Assembly (NCBI GenBank): GCA_963787195.1
Contig: CAWBCI010000003.1
Span: forward strand, 79,364-143,363
From: an uncultured Bacteroidales bacterium
GTDB lineage: Bacteria; Bacteroidota; Bacteroidia; Bacteroidales; JAGOPY01
Length of the DNA stretch: 64,000 nucleotides
Direction of reading: 5' to 3'
A program made the position numbers and the translations under genes. The notes beneath the pieces are model-generated. The model ran no database searches. It was given only the letters and a program-made list of their open reading frames with translations, and had not been told where the DNA came from. Positions 1 through 9,018 of the stretch are shown here, piece after piece. Within the stretch, counting starts at the first letter, position 1, and the number at the start of each line of letters is the position of its first letter.

Positions 1-113
1 TATAATTGGAGAAGAGTCAAATTCTTCTGGCCTCTCCTTCTTATCATAGCCATCCAGTGAATTAATTTCCTTTTTTAAAAAGGATTATTTAGTACTTTTA
101 AAATTCATAAGTT

Positions 114-521
114 ATGAAAAATTTAATATTTATCACCGTAATTTTATTATTTGCCACAACTAATATGTTTGCACAAAATGAAACGGGTTATGTTAAAGTC
201 AATTGGGATAATTCAAATGTCACAGGTTGTTGCCAAGATGAACATATTCTTGTTTCATATGGAGTAGTTAGAATTCCAAGTTATGAAATGATTGCAAATG
301 GATATGCAGTTGTTGATCCGACCGAATCGAATTATACTTTTAGTTTTGAATTTACATGTTCAACTGAAAATGAAGCTTTCAGAGTATTTGCTGAAGTTGT
401 AGATGGATGTCAATTACCATATGAAATAAAATGTGGATATCAAAAGGATTCAGGAGAGGACACAAATTGCAGTGAATTAACTAATGGTAGTTTTGGAACT
501 TATACAATCGTACTCGAATAA
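114..521 (+). CDS. hypothetical secreted Cys-rich protein
   Basis: ATG ORF of 135 aa with a signal-like N-terminus (MKNLIFITVILLFATTNMFAQ). A hairpin terminator follows directly. Confidence 0.5.
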   Translation: MKNLIFITVILLFATTNMFAQNETGYVKVNWDNSNVTGCCQDEHILVSYGVVRIPSYEMIANGYAVVDPTESNYTFSFEFTCSTENEAFRVFAEVVDGCQLPYEIKCGYQKDSGEDTNCSELTNGSFGTYTIVLE

Positions 522-528
522 ACACTTT

Positions 529-560
529 AAGCCCGTCTTTTCCTAAAGACGGGCTTTTAA
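529..560 (+). terminator. rho-independent terminator
   Basis: GCCCGTCT (531-538) pairs with AGACGGGC (547-554), followed by TTTT. Confidence 0.7.
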
Positions 561-571
561 TATTATTTCCT

Positions 572-3500
572 ATGTTTAGATTACTGCGTTCTGCAATGAG
601 CTTCTTTTTCTTTTGGTTGATTATATTTAACTTCACTCCTTACTTAGCTTTATCCCAGCACCAGGCTGACAACTGGATTCAAGGTCAATGGGTTGGAATG
701 AATTTCACCTCAGGAAGTCCTACTTTGTTTTATCCATCGCCTTATATTTATGGTGCTGAGTTTGGAAGTGGAAGTATTATGAGTGATACACTTGGGAATC
801 TACTTTTTTACTCTAACGGTGTTAGGGTGTGGAATAAAAACGGGGATGTCATGTCAAATGGTGAAAATATTTTACCCGGATACGCCAGAACTCAATCCAC
901 TGCCATCATTCCAAAATCATTAATTCTAAATGATTATTACCTGTTTTCAGTTTCTGCCTTTGATTCTCCTGATGGGATTTATTATTCTATAATCGATATG
1001 GATCTTAATGGGGGCTTAGGAGACGTAACTTCTGAAAAAAATATCAAGTTGACAGGATCAGATAATGCGGTAGAGAAACTTTTTCTGGTTAAAAATCATG
1101 ATGATTCAGGCTACTGGCTGATAACCAGATTATTTGACGATGATCGTTATGCTAGTTATTTTGTCGATAGCAATGGAGTAAGTACGAATCCAATCTATAG
1201 TTCTACCGGGATTGAAAGAGGATTTTTTGGTGTCTATGGACAAATGAAGGTTTCCTACAATAAAAAATATTTAGTAGCTGCCTATAACCGGGGGGGATAT
1301 AATACCCAGACAAATCCATTATATTCCTTTGAAATATGTGGTTTCAATGATAAAACCGGTAAAATCGATTATATGTACATGATTAATATGTATATAGCAT
1401 CTGGTGATAAATATAGTAAACCATATGGTTGCGAATTCTCTCCCGATTCGAAATATTTATATTTAACATTTGACAATACTGATTCACTGGTATATTTAAA
1501 ACAATATAATATGCTATATATTGAGGATTCAACAGCATTTGTGAATTCAGCCATTACCTTGGCTGATAATAGCGGCTGGAGCCTTCAATTATCGAATGAT
1601 GGAAGAATATATTCATCCGAACCCTCTGAAAATATTCCAAATCATGAACAATATATGGGAGTAATCAACCGCCCTTGGATGGAAGGACTAAACTGTAATT
1701 ATATACCAAATCAAATTCAAGTATATCCACGAAAGCCTAAATGGGACACCCCAAACATCCTCCTCGATTACCTCTACCGCTTCGAATGGGAAGGGGACCA
1801 GTGCCAGGGCTCACCGATTCACTTTCTGCCTCATTTTGTCCCCACTCCCGATAATATCGAATGGAATTTCGGGGAATTAGGCCGGGGTACCATCCACGGA
1901 ACTTTCATCCTACCTATATCTTTCAGAAATCCCGGGATACATACAGGTGTACGGTGAAAGTATGGTACCCAACAGGGAGGTATGAAGAAACCTCAAGGGA
2001 AATAGAAATCTATCCCACTCCCCAGCCCAACCTGGGCCCCGATCAATTGATCTGCGAAGGGGATAATATTAGCCTGGATGCAAATTGCACCGCCGATCTT
2101 TTTGTATGGAACCCGGGAGGGACCGGTGGTTCTCAGCTTACGGTCAGCGACAGCGGGACTTACATTGTCTCGGCTTCATTTATCCAAACCGGCTGTGACG
2201 GAAGGATACGATCCACATCGGTTTTTATCCCAAGGTAGAGATAGATATATCAAATCTGGTCATAACCCCAACTTCATGTCCCGGTTCAAACGGCTCCATT
2301 ACCGGCCTCATTTTCCAGGGCAGCCCGCCCTTTACCTGCCTGTGGCAGGACCTGCTGGGCAATGTCTATCGGCACCGACCCCGACCTTTTCAACCTGCCG
2401 GCCGGGCAGTACCGGCTTACGGTAACCGATGCAAACGGCTGTTCGGCCTTGTCGGAGGTTTATACCATTACCGATGCCGGGGATATTCAGATCACTGATG
2501 TGCAGACTACCCAGCCCCATTGCGATCATAACGACGGGATTATTGAAGTCACGGCTACTTCACCATCAGGATCTCCTTTAGAATATACCATTGATGGAGT
2601 TAACTGGCAGGCCGCAAATGTATTTGATATGGTTTCAGGAGGTTCTTATGTTATTCAGGCCCATGATATAAACGGGTGTATCGGTTCCTGGCCTGCTAAT
2701 CCTGTTGAGCTCACAGCCATTGCCGGCCCTCAACTGAACGATACACTGATCACCGACCCGACAGACGGGCAGTCCAACGGGACCATAGAAATCATGGCCA
2801 CGGCCAATTCAGCCGCATATATCCTATTCTATCGACAACGGTAGCAAGCTGGCAAATCGACAACGGTTATTTCAGCGGCCTGCTGGCCGGGAACCTATTA
2901 TTGCATTATCAAGGATGATTACGGATGTACCTATGAATTTACGGTTGAATTAGAGAACATTATCCTGACTTACCTCGATGCCATTGTCTCCCCGGAAGAT
3001 ACTTGCATGGGAGTGGCCGTGAGCGTCCCGATGGAGGTCAATAATTTCACAGCTGTGGCTTCCTTCCGGCTGAAGCTGACATACAACGCGGCACAGCTGA
3101 ACTGCGAAGGTTATGCCAACCTGCGTCCTGAACTGAGCGATGGCTTCCAGGCTGTGATCTCCACCCCGGGTGAAATCACCCTGGACTGGAACGGAACTTC
3201 GGGATTGAGCTTTACCGGCCAGACTTCCATACTTGATCTGGTCTTTACCCCCCTGCAAGCCGGTTCCTCCGATATCGACTGGTCAACCCAGGTGGCAGAC
3301 AGCTATTTTAAGCGTATAGACGGCTCAGCCATCTCAGCCCAGTTCAGCCCCGGGGAGCTGACTATTTATAAGCCCCCTGAGATCATCCTGAATGCAAACA
3401 AAACATTATGCGCAGGCCAGACCCTGAGCCTTATGGAGATCATCCTGTGGACCCAGCCGGAGCTCGCATCAGAATGGACTTTACCCGATGGCCAGGTACA

Positions 3501-4135
3501 GAATGACAGTCCTTTTATTTTCAATGTCCAGGCATCGGATGCCGGGGATTATACCCTGCAGGCCATAGATCAGACCGGTTGCAGCGACCAGAAGACACTG
3601 CACCTGGAAGTCAGCCCCATCCCCATAGCCGATTTCCATGGCAGCGACACCCTTACTGTCCCTTCGGGCTACCTGCTGGATGCCGGCCAGGGATTATGCA
3701 TCCTACCACTGGAATACCGGCGACAGCGCCCAAAGCATACAAATAGAAAACGAAGGCTGGTACAAGGTGGAGATGGAATCGCAGGCCGGCTGCCTGGGAA
3801 GCGATTCAGTTTACATCCTGCTGCAGGCCGAGCAGGAACCCGCAAAACGCCTTTACATCCCCAACGCTTTCACCCCTGATGGAGACGGGTTGAATGACTA
3901 TTTTGCTCCTGTTCCAACGACTGCGCAGATTTCAGAATTCAGACTTCAGATTTACGATCGCTGGGGAGCCTTATTCTTCGAAAGCAAAAACCTCAGTCCC
4001 GGCTGGGACGGCAACAAAGACCACAAAGCCGCACCGGCAGGGGTCTACGTCTACAAGATAAACTATACAATTGAAAGTCCCGGCGGAGCGCCGGTAGCCC
4101 ATGAGGAGGCAGGGACGGTAATGCTGGTGAGATGA
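572..4135 (+). pseudogene. giant T9SS type-B (CHU_C/gliding-motility CTD) adhesin-like protein with the frame broken at least 6 times
   Basis: ORF pieces 572-1957, 1861-2238, 2362-2844, 3007-3879 and 3638-4135, plus an unlisted stretch at about 2220-2370, read as one protein. It has a signal peptide, an N-terminal propeller-like region, a PKD-like segment (NIEWNFG..VKVWYPTG), SprB-type repeats (TSCPGSNGSITG, HCDHNDGIIEV, DGQSNGTIEI), a cohesin-like segment and a C-terminal YIPNAFTPDGDGLNDYF...GTVMLVR tail. Several breaks can be repaired in G/C runs. Confidence 0.7.
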
Positions 4136-4181
4136 ATCTCACCAGAGTGTAGAGTGTAGAATGAAGAGTGTAGAGTTTAAG
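4108..4181 (+). repeat. dispersed block: last CTD codons + stop-in-loop hairpin + GTGTAGA heptamer units (copy 1)
   Basis: GGCAGGGACGG..CTGGTGAGA-TGAA-TCTCACCAG forms a 9-bp perfect hairpin at 4124-4145, with stop TGA 4133-4135 in the loop. GTGTAGA x2, ATGAAGA, GTGTAGA follow. It matches 12319-12389. Confidence 0.8.
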
Positions 4182-4301
4182 TGATGAACTCTTTAACTTC
4201 AACTCACGATTCATTTCATTCCCGGGATTAATTCGACTTAATCTTTTCGATTCATCCCGATTATTCGGGACTCTTGAAAAGGTAGTCTCATTGAATTTGC
4301 C

Positions 4302-4336
4302 CTTTGCACTTTGAATTTTGAACTTTGAATTGAAAA
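4302..4336. repeat. heptamer tandem array (CTTTGAA-like, 5 units)
   Basis: CTTTGCA CTTTGAA TTTTGAA CTTTGAA TTGAAAA in a strict 7-nt register. Confidence 0.7.
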
Positions 4337-4392
4337 CTGGCCAATCAGACTTGACCAGCTCAATATTAACAAAGAATAATTCATTATTAGAC

Positions 4393-4595
4393 TCTAAAAG
4401 CCTTTTAGAAAGGAAAAAATTCATAAATTGTAACATTCTCAACAGAATAAAATACATTAAGACTAAGTGCGCATGGAAAGAAAAACTGATATAAAAATTA
4501 AGCGATTACATAAGCTAAGACTAATTCTACTTCTGGGGATGTTCATTGTAAATATGACGGGCTTTAGTCAGGAGTTTGAGATGCCTGGCTTTATT
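4393..4595 (+). repeat. duplicated upstream region + 5' coding end (copy 1 of 2)
   Basis: About 80 nt upstream plus the first 122 nt of the CDS are nearly identical to 7486-7686. Identity stops abruptly after GGCTTTATT. Confidence 0.85.
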
Positions 4596-5909
4596 TATGA
4601 TCTAACCTCTTGTGATTTTGATTCAGATGGTGCTTATGATATTTTAGTTTCCTGCCCTTATTGTGATACTATTGCCATTTTATATAATGATGGAATAGGA
4701 AACTTCGATACATATTATTACAATCACAATACTGGTTTTATTTTATGTGGTCTAATTGATTCGGATAATTTAGAAGATATAATTACCCGAGATGGTTATT
4801 ATCTGTATTGTATAAAAAATTTAGGTAATCGAATGCTTAGTGAGAATATTGCAATTTCACAAATTTCAGGTACTTATAGTGTATCACATATTATTGATGT
4901 CAATAATGATTCATTAAATGATTTATTATATACCCACACTTCTGACGAATATTGGGGAATATTTAAAAATAATGGAAATTTAACTTTTACAAATGAGATT
5001 ATTCAATCAGGCAGTTCTACAACAACACCTGCGGTGGGATTTATAACCGATGATTCTTTGCCGGATATTGTACTGACTTATTCGGCCTTCGACAGATCGT
5101 CAGTAAACGTTAACAATGGCAATTTCAATTTTACAGAGGTGGTTCTGGAACAAACATTCCTTGGTGAAGCCTTCGTCATGGACCTTGACAATCAGGGAAC
5201 AGAGGATTTTGCCTTTTCGATAAGTTATTCAAAATCAATCGCACTATATAAATTTATTGGAAATGACCAGTTTGAATTACAATCCAATTTCTATGCTGAA
5301 GGAACTTATCCTATAAGTTCATTTTTACCTGCTGATTTTAACCAGGACGGATACGATGATTTTGCCATTACCCGGGGCGATTGGTGGAATAGTTCGGATT
5401 CCTTGTATATATATATCAATGATCATAATTGGTCATTCAATTTCCAACAAAGCATATATATAGGCCAACTGGGCTACTTTAAGGCATGTTCATCAGATCT
5501 CAATGGAGATTCGTATCCTGATATCTTTATGAAAGGTTGTAATGGCAACAACATACTAACGCTCCTCTGGAATGATGGCTACGGGAATTTTGGTTTTAAA
5601 AATCCGGTTGGAATTGTTGATAATCAATTAAACAGAACACATTTTAATGTTTCCCCAAATCCATTTTCATCTCAAACCAGGATAAAACTAAGCGCCGATA
5701 AATCAAAGGATATACAGATCATTATAACCAATCTGCTTGGGCAAATTATTCAAAGAGTTAATCTAAAGGATTTTAATAAGAATAATGATGATTTAATTTA
5801 TAGATGGGATGGATGCGATTCATCCGGAAATGTTTGTCCTCCCGGGATATATTTTATAAGCCTCAACTCGAAAACAGGAATTCGGACTGAAAAAGTAGTG
5901 AGGCTTTAA
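4473..5909 (+). CDS. FG-GAP/VCBS-repeat protein with T9SS type-A C-terminal sorting domain (paralog 1)
   Basis: ORF track 4467-5909 starts at GTG; the ATG is at 4473. Signal peptide present. Repeated D.D.DG..D motifs (CDFDSDGAYDIL, ADFNQDGYDDF, SDLNGDSYPDIF). C-terminal VSPNPF...PGIYFISL tail. Confidence 0.75.
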   Translation: MERKTDIKIKRLHKLRLILLLGMFIVNMTGFSQEFEMPGFIYDLTSCDFDSDGAYDILVSCPYCDTIAILYNDGIGNFDTYYYNHNTGFILCGLIDSDNLEDIITRDGYYLYCIKNLGNRMLSENIAISQISGTYSVSHIIDVNNDSLNDLLYTHTSDEYWGIFKNNGNLTFTNEIIQSGSSTTTPAVGFITDDSLPDIVLTYSAFDRSSVNVNNGNFNFTEVVLEQTFLGEAFVMDLDNQGTEDFAFSISYSKSIALYKFIGNDQFELQSNFYAEGTYPISSFLPADFNQDGYDDFAITRGDWWNSSDSLYIYINDHNWSFNFQQSIYIGQLGYFKACSSDLNGDSYPDIFMKGCNGNNILTLLWNDGYGNFGFKNPVGIVDNQLNRTHFNVSPNPFSSQTRIKLSADKSKDIQIIITNLLGQIIQRVNLKDFNKNNDDLIYRWDGCDSSGNVCPPGIYFISLNSKTGIRTEKVVRL

Positions 5910-6082
5910 TGTTTTTTTATATCAAATTGCCTGATTGTAATATGTTCTGTTTCGATTATTCTGGATTATGAATTTGGAAATGGATAAGATTCAGATACTT
6001 TTTAACTCAAATGAAAATATATGAAATATATTCCCGAACTTTATCTGAAATCATATTTATCTTTTATAAATATATTAAGACG

Positions 6083-7489
6083 ATGAAACATTTATTCTTG
6101 TTTAACATATTAATTTTTTGCTTTCTTGAAATAACATTGGCTCAGGAATATACCATGCCATCTTTCGTACATGCTATCGATGCCTGTGATATGGATTTGG
6201 ATGGGAGCAATGATATAATAATTTCATGTGGTTATTCTGATTCTCTAATTATTCTTTATAATGATGGAGTTGGTAATTTTGACCTTTATTATTACGATAG
6301 GATAACAGGCTCTGCCATTTGTGGATGTATAGATAGCGACAACTTTCCCGATATTATTGCTGGTAAAGGTCAAATGTATTATTATAAGAATAATGGCGAC
6401 AGAACTCTTGGTACAGGTGATTCATTAATGGCTTTTTCTGGAACTTTTAGTTTGTATGAATTATTCGATATGAATGATGATGGGCTAAATGATCTTATTT
6501 ATGATTTTAATACTTATTGGGGAGTATATAAGAACAATGGTAATTTAACTTTTACTAATATTGTCCTGGGTTCTGATGGTGGGCCCGGACATCCTTCTAT
6601 AGGATTTTTTAACGACGATTCGTTACCTGATATAGTCGTTTCCTATGATTCCCAATCCCGTTCCGAAGTCTCAAAATATCTGATTAATAACGGTGACTTC
6701 AATTTTTCAACTCATCTATTGAATAATATTCGTTATTCCACTCCATTAGCATCAGAACTCGATAATCTCTTTCCGAATGATCTTGCCTTATTCCTGAGTC
6801 CAACGAATGAAGTCCACCTGTATGAAAATACCGGCAATGCAAATTTCATTTTCAAAAGCATTTACTATATAAATAATTCTGCTGGTGTGTATCTGGCAGA
6901 CAAGGGTGATTATAATTGCGATGGATTTGATGATTTTAGCTATATCCAATGTTTCTGGTCCGGATGTACTGATTCCATTTATATTGAATTAAATGATCAA
7001 GACTGGTCGTTTGAGCCAGCACAGCAATATTATATTGGTACTCTTAATTGGTTCAGGATAAAGTCAATAGATTTAAATGGGGATTCCTATCCTGATTTTT
7101 ATATGACCGGATATGATTCTAATAATAAGATCAAGATACTTTGGAATAATGGGGATGGTACTTTCTCTTATTTAAACCCTGTAGGAATTTCTGAATCGGG
7201 ATTTGAAAGAAAAAAGTTAATTGGCATAAGCCCTAATCCATTTTGGGAAACCACAAAAATTGCATTTGAATGTATTACTACATCAGATGTTTCGCTTAAG
7301 ATTATCGATATGCGGGGAATTGATGTGAAAAATCTTATAACCGGTCAAACAAAACTGAAAGGCATACATCAAATTATCTGGGATGGAACCGATAATTCCG
7401 GCAAAAAATGCAATCCGGGGGTTTATATTATCAGTTTGAAATTGAATGGGAGACAATATTCACAAAGGGTAATACATATCAGGCACTAA
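6083..7489 (+). CDS. FG-GAP/VCBS-repeat protein with T9SS type-A CTD (paralog 2)
   Basis: The ATG at 6083 (MKHLFLFNILIFCF..) gives a signal peptide; the ORF track starts at 6011. Same architecture as paralogs 1 and 3. C-terminal ISPNPF...PGVYIISL tail. Confidence 0.75.
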   Translation: MKHLFLFNILIFCFLEITLAQEYTMPSFVHAIDACDMDLDGSNDIIISCGYSDSLIILYNDGVGNFDLYYYDRITGSAICGCIDSDNFPDIIAGKGQMYYYKNNGDRTLGTGDSLMAFSGTFSLYELFDMNDDGLNDLIYDFNTYWGVYKNNGNLTFTNIVLGSDGGPGHPSIGFFNDDSLPDIVVSYDSQSRSEVSKYLINNGDFNFSTHLLNNIRYSTPLASELDNLFPNDLALFLSPTNEVHLYENTGNANFIFKSIYYINNSAGVYLADKGDYNCDGFDDFSYIQCFWSGCTDSIYIELNDQDWSFEPAQQYYIGTLNWFRIKSIDLNGDSYPDFYMTGYDSNNKIKILWNNGDGTFSYLNPVGISESGFERKKLIGISPNPFWETTKIAFECITTSDVSLKIIDMRGIDVKNLITGQTKLKGIHQIIWDGTDNSGKKCNPGVYIISLKLNGRQYSQRVIHIRH

Positions 7490-7686
7490 AAGCCTTTTAT
7501 TAATGAAAAAATTCATAAATTGTAACATTCTCAACAGAATAAATACATTAAGACAAAGTGAGCATGGAAAGAAAAACCGATATAAAAATTAAGCGGTTGC
7601 CTAAGCTAAGACTAATTCTACTACTGGGTATGTTCATTTTAAATATGACGGGCTTTAGTCAGGAGTTTGAGATGCCTGGCTTTATT
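7486..7686 (+). repeat. duplicated upstream region + 5' coding end (copy 2 of 2)
   Basis: Matches 4393-4595. It begins at the stop codon of paralog 2. Confidence 0.85.
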
Positions 7687-9000
7687 CGTTCAATTACCTC
7701 ATGCGATATGGATCAGGATGGAAGTAATGATATCATTGTATCCTGTCCATATCAGGATACCCTGGTTATATTATATAATGATGGCTACGGGAACTTTAAT
7801 ATACAGTATTATAATAGATTAGCTGGTGATATTTTGTGTGGGGATTTCGATGGGGATGAAATTCCAGATATTATATCCGGTAGAGATGGACATTTGTATT
7901 TTATTAAAAATAACGGAAATGGTTCATTAGAAGAAAATAGTATCATCATGGAAATATCAGGGGCATATACCTTATACAAGTTGGTGGATATGAACAATGA
8001 TAATTGGAATGATATTGTTTATGATTACCCTGACCACTGGGGTATTTTTAAAAATAACGGTGATTTGACACTTTCCAACGAAATAATTGGTACTGGAAAC
8101 GAAAACAAGCCAGAACCTTTTATCGGATTTCTAAATAATGATTCCTTGCCAGATATTCTCGTCTCTTATAGTTATGATTATAATGAAGTTACTAAGTATC
8201 AGATAAATAATAATGATTTCGATTTTAATACATATGTTCTCAACAATATGGCTTTTACTCAAGTAATATCCGAATTAAATAATGAATTTCCAAATGATTT
8301 GATTTTGTTTCGAAATCCCACACCGCAGGTTTATCTGTATGAAAACACCGGTGATGCAAGTTTTGTTTTAAAGGGAATTCACAATACATTAAATACTTAT
8401 GGTGTAATCTTTACAGATGCAAACGATTACAATCAGGATGGATATGATGATTTCAGTTATGTACAGTGTAATTGGGGTAATTGTACGGATTCATTATATA
8501 TCGAATTAAATGATCAAAACTGGTCATATGAACCAGCCCAGCAATATTATATCGGGCCAATAATGAGTTTGAAAGTGAATTCAATAGATTTAAATAATGA
8601 TAATTATCCTGATTTCTATATTGCCGGCTACAGTACAGATACAAAGATTAAAATTTTATGGAATAATGGGGATGGTACTTTTAGTTATTTAAATCCGGTA
8701 TCCGTAGGTGAATCGAAGATTAACCCTGATAGTCAATTATTTGTCAGTCCTAATCCTTTTACTCGTAAAGTATCAATTGAATTCATTAATAATTCTTCTG
8801 ATCCAACATCGATTATTATTTCTGATTTGCATGGAAATATAATCAATTGCATTTATGATAATCGGATTTTAGTTAAAGGTAAATATAGTCTTGCATGGGA
8901 TGGTACTGATAATTCAGGTAACCGATGCAGCCCAGGAATTTATATTGTCTCTCTATACTCATTTGGAACCCACTGTTCTTCCAAAATAGTTCTTTATTAA
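7564..9000 (+). CDS. FG-GAP/VCBS-repeat protein with T9SS type-A CTD (paralog 3, mosaic)
   Basis: The N-terminal 41 aa are nearly identical to paralog 1. The body and C-terminal half are closest to paralog 2 (DDFSYVQCNWGNCTDSLYIELNDQNWSYEPAQQYYIG..KIKILWNNGDGTFSYLNPV). Confidence 0.75.
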   Translation: MERKTDIKIKRLPKLRLILLLGMFILNMTGFSQEFEMPGFIRSITSCDMDQDGSNDIIVSCPYQDTLVILYNDGYGNFNIQYYNRLAGDILCGDFDGDEIPDIISGRDGHLYFIKNNGNGSLEENSIIMEISGAYTLYKLVDMNNDNWNDIVYDYPDHWGIFKNNGDLTLSNEIIGTGNENKPEPFIGFLNNDSLPDILVSYSYDYNEVTKYQINNNDFDFNTYVLNNMAFTQVISELNNEFPNDLILFRNPTPQVYLYENTGDASFVLKGIHNTLNTYGVIFTDANDYNQDGYDDFSYVQCNWGNCTDSLYIELNDQNWSYEPAQQYYIGPIMSLKVNSIDLNNDNYPDFYIAGYSTDTKIKILWNNGDGTFSYLNPVSVGESKINPDSQLFVSPNPFTRKVSIEFINNSSDPTSIIISDLHGNIINCIYDNRILVKGKYSLAWDGTDNSGNRCSPGIYIVSLYSFGTHCSSKIVLY

Positions 9001-9018
9001 CCAATCAATTCTTTAATT

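Noticed and set aside
3993-4457. 154-aa minus-strand ORF spanning the adhesin 3' end and the repeat-rich spacer.
   Set aside because: It is antisense to a well-supported CTD coding region and otherwise translates the GTGTAGA and CTTTGAA arrays. It has no motif and no plausible start context.
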